From positions 1,440,001-1,472,000 of the forward strand of contig NZ_CP010904.1 of assembly GCF_001017655.1 (NCBI RefSeq): a DNA stretch of 32,000 nucleotides, written 5' to 3'. The position numbers were made by a program, and so were the translations under genes. The notes under the pieces are model-generated. The model was given only the letters and a program-made list of their open reading frames with translations, was not told the DNA's origin and ran no database searches. The stretch's first letter is position 1. Each line of letters begins with the position of its first letter. Shown piece by piece: positions 9,376-15,751 of this stretch. Source of the stretch: Kiritimatiella glycovorans. GTDB taxonomy: Bacteria > Verrucomicrobiota > Kiritimatiellia > Kiritimatiellales > Kiritimatiellaceae.

Positions 9376-9479
9376 CTCCCTTTCCGCATCCCGCAAACCA
9401 CATCCCACTCTTTCCCCAGCCCCTCCTTGCCAACCCCGCGAGAACCTGTTTGACTGATCGCAGAGTCTTTCACGACACC

Positions 9480-10220
9480 ATGCGACTGCTTCTCTACAAC
9501 ATACGATACGGCACGGGTCCGAACCGGTTCTTCCTGCCGTGCGGCGGTTACCTGGGTGACTCCACGCGCAATATCGAAGCCATCTCCGATTTTGTCGCCT
9601 CCTGCGAACCGGATGTGGCGGGTCTGGTGGAGGTGGACGAAGGTTCGTTCCGCACGGGACACCGGAACCAGGCGGAGCAGATGGCGGCCCGGCTGGGCCA
9701 TTACCATATCTATCGCTCGAAGTACCATGCGGAGGGCTGGACGCGCTTCATCCCGGTCATGAATAAGCAGGGCAATGCCTTCCTCACGCGTGACTCGATC
9801 GAACCGGTATTTCACTACTTCAAGCGGGGCATGAAGAAGCTGATCATCGAACTCGAACTCGAGAACGTCGTCATCTTCCTGGTCCACCTCGCCCTGCAGT
9901 TCCGGACGCGCCACCAGCAGCTCGCCGAGCTGTACAACCTGGTCGAGCGGACCGAAAAACCCGTCATCGTGGCCGGTGATTTCAATGCGTTGTGGGGCGA
10001 AAACGAGATTGATCTCTTCCTCGGCGCGACCCGGCTGACCAGCGCCAACGAGAACCGGGTGCCGACGTTCCCGAGCTGGAAGCCGCGCCGCCACCTTGAT
10101 TTTATTCTCCACAGCCCTGAAATACATTCCGTCCGATTCGACGTGCCGCAGGTGGAACTCTCCGACCATCTTCCGCTCGTCTGGGATTTCGAGGTCGAAC
10201 CTCAACGTGCGACGCCATGA
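9480..10220 (+). CDS. Endonuclease/exonuclease/phosphatase (EEP) family protein
   Basis: MRLLLYNIRYGTG at the N-terminus and LSDHLPLVWDFEV at the C-terminus are typical EEP-fold end motifs. The ATG at 9480 is preferred over the TTG at 9450. The stop overlaps the patatin start in an ATGA overlap. Confidence 0.8.
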   Translation: MRLLLYNIRYGTGPNRFFLPCGGYLGDSTRNIEAISDFVASCEPDVAGLVEVDEGSFRTGHRNQAEQMAARLGHYHIYRSKYHAEGWTRFIPVMNKQGNAFLTRDSIEPVFHYFKRGMKKLIIELELENVVIFLVHLALQFRTRHQQLAELYNLVERTEKPVIVAGDFNALWGENEIDLFLGATRLTSANENRVPTFPSWKPRRHLDFILHSPEIHSVRFDVPQVELSDHLPLVWDFEVEPQRATP

Positions 10221-11170
10221 AGTGGCCGTCTTTCCTCAAGTCCGGAGATGACGCAACCCGCCCACGCATCGGGCTGGCCCTCGGCAGCGGGGCGGCACGC
10301 GGCTGGGCGCACATCGGGGTGATCGACACGCTCCTGGACGCAGGCGTGGACATCCACTGCGTGGCCGGCACCAGTATGGGCGCCCTGGTGGGCGGGGTCT
10401 ACGCCGGGGGCGGACTGGAAGCCCTGCGGGAACTGGCGCTGAAGATGAACTGGCGCGATTTCCTCTACTACTTCGTCGAACCCCGCATTCCCCGTCAGGG
10501 CCTGATCGACGGGCACCACATCGAGCGCTGGCTCCGCGAGCGGGTGCCCTGCCGGGACATCGGTGAGATGGCTATCCCGTTTGCGGCGGTGAGCACGGAC
10601 CTGCGGACCGGCTCGCCGCATGTCTTTCGCGAGGGGCCGCTCATCGAGGCGATACGGGCGAGCATCTCGCTTCCCGGCATGTTCTCTCCGGTGGCGTGCG
10701 GCGACCGCCTGCTGGTCGACGGCGGCCTGGTCAACCCTGTGCCGGTCGATGTGGCCCACGCCATGGGCGCCGACCGGGTGATTGCCGTCGAAATCAACTC
10801 CGCCCCGCGCTGGAACGAACGCACGGGCGACGATACACCTGCGTGGACCCAGTCCCCGGCTGCACCGCCGGGAAACACTTTTGAGAAGTTCCGCACCGCG
10901 ATCGACGACCTCTTCTCCCACAGATCATCCGCGGCGCCATCCTGGCTCGAACAGGGTGAAGGCCCCAATCTGTTCGAAGTGCTCGGCCTGTCCATCCAGA
11001 TCATGGAGGCCCGGATCTGCGACGCCCGTTTCCGCGACCACCCCCCGGACCTGCTCATCCGCCCCGAAATGCCCGGCATCCAGCTCCTCGATTTCGTCAA
11101 GGCCGACCGGGCGATCGAAGCGGGCCGGAGGGCCGCCGGCGAAATACTCCCCCGCGTCAGGGCGTGGTAG
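10217..11170 (+). CDS. Patatin-like phospholipase (RssA-like)
   Basis: It has the oxyanion motif GLALGSGAARGWAHIGV, the nucleophile elbow G-T-S-M-G (AGTSMGALVGG) and the catalytic Asp context VDGGLVNPVP. Confidence 0.9.
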   Translation: MKWPSFLKSGDDATRPRIGLALGSGAARGWAHIGVIDTLLDAGVDIHCVAGTSMGALVGGVYAGGGLEALRELALKMNWRDFLYYFVEPRIPRQGLIDGHHIERWLRERVPCRDIGEMAIPFAAVSTDLRTGSPHVFREGPLIEAIRASISLPGMFSPVACGDRLLVDGGLVNPVPVDVAHAMGADRVIAVEINSAPRWNERTGDDTPAWTQSPAAPPGNTFEKFRTAIDDLFSHRSSAAPSWLEQGEGPNLFEVLGLSIQIMEARICDARFRDHPPDLLIRPEMPGIQLLDFVKADRAIEAGRRAAGEILPRVRAW

Positions 11171-11260
11171 TCGCGCAAAAACGTGGTTCTTCGTGGTTTT
11201 TTTGTGGAACTACTGGAACCGTAGCGGCCGGATTAGAATTCCGCTCCCTCTTACTCTGAT

Positions 11261-12619
11261 TCACGGCTGCGAGGCGCTACGGCCGCAGCATTTCTTGAAT
11301 TTCCTGCCGCTGCCGCAGGGGCAGGCGTCGTTGCGGCCCACGTCCCGCCACGCCGATGCACCGCGCTCTCGCTGCGCGATGACGTCCATGATCTCGGAGG
11401 CCGGACGATTGGTTTGGATCAACCGCGTCATCTCCTGCATGTACGGATCGATGTGGGCGAAAAACGCCTGGAGGCCCTCGCAGAGATAGCACAGCCCCGC
11501 CTCGCCGTCGGCGGCGTGGAGAAAGCGCTGCTTGGGACACTCGCCGTTGCATGCGAAGCGCCACGGACAGCGCAGGCACTGTTCGGGCAGCGCCTCGTAC
11601 TTGGCGTCGCCGAAGGCCTTCTGACGCGGCGATTCGACCATCTCCACCATCGACCGTTCGGTGATGTTGCCGAGCAGGTACTCCGGATAGACGTAGTGAT
11701 CACAGGAGTAGAGATCGCCGTTGTGCTCCAGCACCAGCGCCTTTCCGCACGTCTTCCGGAAGACGCAGACCCCGCCCGGAAACCCCGCCCAGTTGGCCAG
11801 CGAGGAATCGAAGACATTGACGAAGAAACGACCGACATCGTGCCGGACCCACTCGTCGAAAATCGCCGTCAGAAACTTACCGTAGGCCTGAGGCCGTACG
11901 CTCCAGGAGGTCACCGGCGATTCCCCGTCCTCCCACTCCCCCACGGGCGGCGGGACATCGAGTTCGAGCCCGATCTCGCGGGCCTGCGCATCCGCCTTAC
12001 GCTCCACCAGCGGGATAAACTGCATGTGGCGGGCGCCGATCTGCTTCAGAAAGCGGTAGACCTTCAGCGGATGTTCCGACGTCAGACGGTTCACGCAGGT
12101 CAGCGTATTGAACTCCACGTCCCTTTTTCTCAGCGCTTCCAGCCCGGCCATCACCTTGTCGAAGGCGGGGTTCCCGGCGCGGTCCACACGGTAGTAGTCG
12201 TGCAGATCGGAGGGGCCGTCGACGGACAGCCCGACCAGAAAATCATTTTCTTTCAGAAAAGCGGCCCACTCGTCGTTCAGCAGCGTGCCGTTGGTCTGCA
12301 GGGAATTATGGACCCGCTTACCGTCGGCATACTTCCGCTGCAGCTCGACCACTCGGCGAAAGAAGTCGATGCCCAGCAGCGTGGGCTCCCCGCCCTGCCA
12401 GCCGAACTCGACCTCGTCGACCTCCTGGGCCGCGATGTACTGGCGCACGAACGACTCCAGCACGTCGTCGGCCATGCGGTAATCGTGCGCCTCGCCGTAG
12501 AGGGCGCGTTTTTCGAGATAGTAGCAGTACCGGCAGGCCATGTTGCACACCGGTCCGATAGGCTTGACGAGCACATGAAAGCTGCGCGGCGCTCTACCGG
12601 CCGCAGTGTCCGTGGACAT
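11261..12619 (-). CDS. Anaerobic sulfatase-maturating enzyme (radical SAM/SPASM) with a C-terminal SEC-C motif tail
   Basis: It has the radical-SAM cluster motif CNMACRYCYY, Cys-rich SPASM-type segments (CDHYVYPE, CLRCPWRFACNGECPK) and a terminal CPCGSGRKFKKCCG. The start is taken at ATG 12619 (MSTDT), which is preceded by GGAGG plus 6 nt. The track TTG start at 12637 would include that Shine-Dalgarno sequence. Confidence 0.9.
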   Translation of the reverse strand: MSTDTAAGRAPRSFHVLVKPIGPVCNMACRYCYYLEKRALYGEAHDYRMADDVLESFVRQYIAAQEVDEVEFGWQGGEPTLLGIDFFRRVVELQRKYADGKRVHNSLQTNGTLLNDEWAAFLKENDFLVGLSVDGPSDLHDYYRVDRAGNPAFDKVMAGLEALRKRDVEFNTLTCVNRLTSEHPLKVYRFLKQIGARHMQFIPLVERKADAQAREIGLELDVPPPVGEWEDGESPVTSWSVRPQAYGKFLTAIFDEWVRHDVGRFFVNVFDSSLANWAGFPGGVCVFRKTCGKALVLEHNGDLYSCDHYVYPEYLLGNITERSMVEMVESPRQKAFGDAKYEALPEQCLRCPWRFACNGECPKQRFLHAADGEAGLCYLCEGLQAFFAHIDPYMQEMTRLIQTNRPASEIMDVIAQRERGASAWRDVGRNDACPCGSGRKFKKCCGRSASQP

Positions 12620-12655
12620 AAAAAACCTCCGCTTCAAGTGGGATTCGACAGTCTA

Positions 12656-14068
12656 TCAATGCGGAGGTTCACTGGAAACGATAAGGCGGAGGAATTTCCT
12701 GAAGATCGCCTCGCGCAGGATACGAAGATCTTCGCGGATCGACCGGTGATAGGCGTAGTAGAGGCAGTCGCACAACGTATCGCTCTCGGCGTGTCCGGTG
12801 GCGTAGGAGAAGACCCCGGGGAAATAGATGTTCAGGTCCTCGAGACCGGATTTCGCGGTGTCGGCATCCAGCAGCGGCTGGCCGCAGAGCCGGAAACGAC
12901 CGGTGAGTACGCGCCCGAGCAGCGGCCACCGGTCGAGGTTCAGTCCCTCAAACAAGCGCACCAGCCGATTGCGGCGCGCCACGTTCAGCAGCGGCACCCG
13001 GTGCGTACGGCGCAGGTGGATTCCGTAGACCTCCCGCTTCTCGAACCGCGCCGCCCCGGAGATCCGGAGCGCGAGGGTGCCGGCGAGAAAGGGGATCAGC
13101 TGCACGATCCAGAGAACCAGTGCGACCGGGTACTCGAGGACGAACCGCACCGAATCCCGGGCGGCTCCGCTCCCGCCCGTTTCGGCGAGCAGCCAGGGAT
13201 CGGTAAGATCGATAAAATCGCCGCTCTCGGGATCGATCAGCCTCCGGCCGGCGATGATCTTGTTGCGGACCTCGAGATTGGTGCCGATGTAGCTGTGCCC
13301 CAGCACCACGCAGTCGGAGAGTTCGCAATGACGCTCGACAATGACGCGGTCGCCGATGACCGCGTGCGGACCGATGGTGCAGAGAGGTCCGAAGCGGCAG
13401 TCATTACCGATAATGACCGGAGGGCGGAATTCGGTCGACGAGGGGATGATGACATTGAGCCCGATGTGGTTCCCTTTCTGAAAGGCGTAGCCCGGGCGGA
13501 CGTAGCGCTTGGCCTCCCCGGCGGCGAAGTCCATGTTGAGCCGGCAGTACTCCTGAGTGGAGCGGATCTCCTGCGGTTGAATATCGAGGTGCTCCCACCC
13601 GCCCGGTTCAAGCACTCCATCGAGCCAGGCCTGCACGTGGGCGGGATCGGAGGCCGCCAGCGCCAGCGCCTCACCCTGTGCATAGAGCGCGGGTTCCGCG
13701 GGCGGACCTGCTTCTCTGCATTCGTCGTAGGAGGCGCCGCGGCGGAGAAACACGGGGCCGGAGAGCGCAAGCACGCCCCCCTCCCACAACTCCGGATGTC
13801 CGGCGAGGTAGTCCCGGATCGTCTGTCCCGGATTGAGAAAGCTGAATTGCGCACGGATGCCCCAGCGTTCCCCCTCGCCCGCGAAATGCTCGATCTCTTC
13901 CGCGCCCTCGCCGAGCAGGATGCGGCAATCACGGATCCCGAGATCGACACACTGTCCGATCGCGTGTTCGATCCATGCGCGTCCGCCGACCGGCAGCAGC
14001 GCCTGCGGCGTCGTTCCGAGCGACCCGGCCCAGGGCGCCCGTGCGCCCGTGTCGATCACGGCATGCAT
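12656..14068 (-). CDS. Three-part fusion of a nucleotidyltransferase-like N-domain, a left-handed beta-helix (LbH) and a degenerate bacterial sugar-transferase (PGT)-like C-domain
   Basis: The N-terminus PQALLPVGGRAWIEHAIG resembles sugar-1-P nucleotidyltransferases, but its Gly-rich loop is atypical (DTGARAPWAGSLG). The middle part has hexapeptide-repeat-like runs (IIGNDCRFGPLCTIGPHAVIGDRVIVERHCELSDCVVLG). The C-terminus parallels the genuine transferase at 15752..16489 (LNLDRWPLLGRVLTGRFRLCGQPLL versus [27 protein letters not shown]). The start codon directly abuts the STAS stop codon (14068/14069). Confidence 0.7.
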   Translation of the reverse strand: MHAVIDTGARAPWAGSLGTTPQALLPVGGRAWIEHAIGQCVDLGIRDCRILLGEGAEEIEHFAGEGERWGIRAQFSFLNPGQTIRDYLAGHPELWEGGVLALSGPVFLRRGASYDECREAGPPAEPALYAQGEALALAASDPAHVQAWLDGVLEPGGWEHLDIQPQEIRSTQEYCRLNMDFAAGEAKRYVRPGYAFQKGNHIGLNVIIPSSTEFRPPVIIGNDCRFGPLCTIGPHAVIGDRVIVERHCELSDCVVLGHSYIGTNLEVRNKIIAGRRLIDPESGDFIDLTDPWLLAETGGSGAARDSVRFVLEYPVALVLWIVQLIPFLAGTLALRISGAARFEKREVYGIHLRRTHRVPLLNVARRNRLVRLFEGLNLDRWPLLGRVLTGRFRLCGQPLLDADTAKSGLEDLNIYFPGVFSYATGHAESDTLCDCLYYAYHRSIREDLRILREAIFRKFLRLIVSSEPPH

Positions 14069-14413
14069 CTAATCGCTGTAGGAGCGGACGGCCTCGTCGA
14101 CCGAATCGTAGATCTCGAACACCTTGTACGCACGGGTGATCTCAAAGACCATGCGCGGCTTCTTCTGAAGCCCCGCGATTTTCAGATCGCCGCCGCGTTC
14201 CGTGATCCGCTTGAGCGTCGCAATGAGGGCTCCCAGCCCCGCGCTGTCCATGAAATCGACATCCCCCATGTCGACCACGTAATTCAGGACGTCACTCTCC
14301 GCCTCCTGCCACGAACGTAGCTGTTCCCGGAAGGCATCCACCGTGGCGGCCGTCAGCGCTCCGTGCAGCGCCACGATACCCACATTGTCTTTCCGCGTGC
14401 AGTTCAGTTCCAT
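14069..14413 (-). CDS. STAS-domain anti-sigma-factor antagonist (SpoIIAA / RsbV / HsbA-like)
   Basis: 114 aa. It has the canonical DFMDSAGLGAL motif with the phosphorylatable Ser at residue 57 (codon at 14243-14245). GGGAGAAG lies upstream of the ATG. Confidence 0.9.
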   Translation of the reverse strand: MELNCTRKDNVGIVALHGALTAATVDAFREQLRSWQEAESDVLNYVVDMGDVDFMDSAGLGALIATLKRITERGGDLKIAGLQKKPRMVFEITRAYKVFEIYDSVDEAVRSYSD

Positions 14414-14485
14414 TTTCTTCTCCCTGTTTGGGGTCGACTTTATTCAACCACTCCGATTTCTACGACTTCATTCGACGTCCGCGTG

Positions 14486-15728
14486 CTTTCGGGACAACGG
14501 CGCTTCGCGCCTCGAGGCAACGCTGCGCTCGGGACAACGGCGCTTCGCGCCTCGAGGCAACGCTTCGCTCGGGGAAACGACATATCCCCCGACTGCCACG
14601 ATCCCCCCCGATTGCCACGAGGCCCCGCAGGGGCCGTTGACACGCTTTCCCCCGCTCGAGGAAACGGCGCTTCGCGCCTCGGGAAAACGCTTCGCTCGGG
14701 GAAACGACATATCCCCCGACTGCCACGATCCCCCCCGATTGCCACGAGGCCCCGCAGGGGCCGTTGACACGCTTTCCCCCGCTCGAGGAAACGGCGCTTC
14801 GCGCCTCGAGGCAACGCTGCGCTCGGGGAAACGACATATCCCCCGACTGCCACGAGGCCCCGCAGGGGCCGTTGACACGCTTCCCTCCGCTCGTGGAAAC
14901 GGCCTTCGGCCTCGGGAAAACGCTTCGCTCGGGGAAACGACATATCCCCCGATTGCCACGATCTCCCCCGACTGCCACGAGGCCCGCGAGGGCCGTTGCC
15001 ACGCCTTCTCCAGCTCGGGACAACGGCGCTTCGCGCCTCGAGGCAACGCTTCGCTCGGGGGAACGCCCCCCCCGATTGCCACGAGGCCCCGCAGGGGCCG
15101 TTGACACGCTTTCCCCCGCTCGAGGAAACGGCGCTTCGCGCCTCGAGGCAACGCTGCGCTCGGGGAAACGACATATCCCCCGACTGCCACGATCCCCCCC
15201 GATTGCCACGAGGCCCGCAAGGGCCGTTGACACGCTTCCCTCCGCTCGTGGAAACGGCCTTCGGCCTCGGGAAAACGCTTCGCTCGGGGAAACGACATAT
15301 CCCCCGATTGCCACGATCTCCCCCGACTGCCACGAGGCCCCGCAGGGGCCGTTGACACGCTTCCCCGCTCGGGACAACGGCGCTTCGCGCCTCGAGGCAA
15401 CGCTTCGCTCGGGGAAACGACATATCCCCCGATTGCCACGATCCCCCCCGCTCGTGGAAACGGCGCTTCGCGCCTCGAGGCAACGCTTCGCTCGGGGGAA
15501 CGCCCCCCCGACTGCCACGAGGCCCGCGAGGGCCGTTGCCACGCCTTCTCCAGCTCGGGACAACGGCGCTTCGCGCCTCGAGGCAACGCTTCGCTCGGGG
15601 GAACGCCCCCCCCGACTGCCACGAGGCCCCGCAGGGGCCGTTGCCACGCTTCCCCCGACTGCCACGAGGCCCCGCAGGGGCCGTTGACACGCTTCCCCCG
15701 ACTGCCACGAGGCCCGCGAGAGGCCGTT
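14486..15728. repeat. Mosaic tandem array of two GC-hairpin modules plus a short C-run/TGCCACGA motif. It is non-coding and not a CRISPR.
   Basis: Counted by hand.

- **Module 1:** 11 copies of CCACGA-GGCCCC GCA GGGGCC-GTTG(A/C)CACGC. Variants are GGCCC GCGA GGGCC and GGCCC GCAA GGGCC.
- **Module 2:** 11 copies of AACGGCGC TTC GCGCCTCG, two of them as GGCC TTC GGCC.
- **Short motif:** 17 copies of CGA(C/T)TGCCACGA, each preceded by a C-run.
- All units are in the same orientation.

Spacing between module-1 copies is 127, 108, 125, 104, 127, 124, 185, 104, 43 and 43 nt. Confidence 0.9.
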
Positions 15729-15751
15729 CTTCCGACGTCCCTCTTCACGAT

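Noticed and set aside
8947-10205. Minus-strand ORFs giving SDSDSDSNSDSD or LTLTLILILI peptides (8947..9408 and 9249..10205)
   Set aside because: The repeat peptides are just the hexamer DNA tract read in frame. The remainder of 9249..10205 is antisense to the well-supported EEP gene.
10217-11170. The patatin-like lipase as an anti-phage (CBASS-type) effector
   Set aside because: There is no cyclase/nucleotidyltransferase sensor, no cap genes and no other defence genes adjacent. The neighbours are phospholipid-metabolism genes, which fits a housekeeping RssA-like role better.
11414-14320. A 968-aa plus-strand ORF. Similar cases are 551..2242 (+), 16543..18162 (+), 21425..22696 (-), 26057..27025 (-), 19074..20129 (-), 29879..30658 (+) and 30348..31571 (+).
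   Set aside because: All are antisense shadow ORFs opposite CDS with clear family motifs. Their sequences are low-complexity and Arg/Gly/Pro/Val-rich, and they span several real genes, which is typical of high-GC DNA.
14486-15728. A CRISPR array interpretation of the repeat region
   Set aside because: The sequences between any chosen repeat unit are themselves repeated modules. There are no unique spacers, spacing is irregular (43-185 nt), and the window has no cas genes and no leader-like AT-rich flank typical of CRISPR arrays.
14486-15728. G-quadruplex potential of the minus strand of the array (runs of GGGG, GGGGGGG and GGGGG)
   Set aside because: The G-runs are separated by 12-13 nt loops, and the same bases are engaged in strong Watson-Crick hairpins. 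I have no way to evaluate the stability here, so I am not reporting it as a finding.
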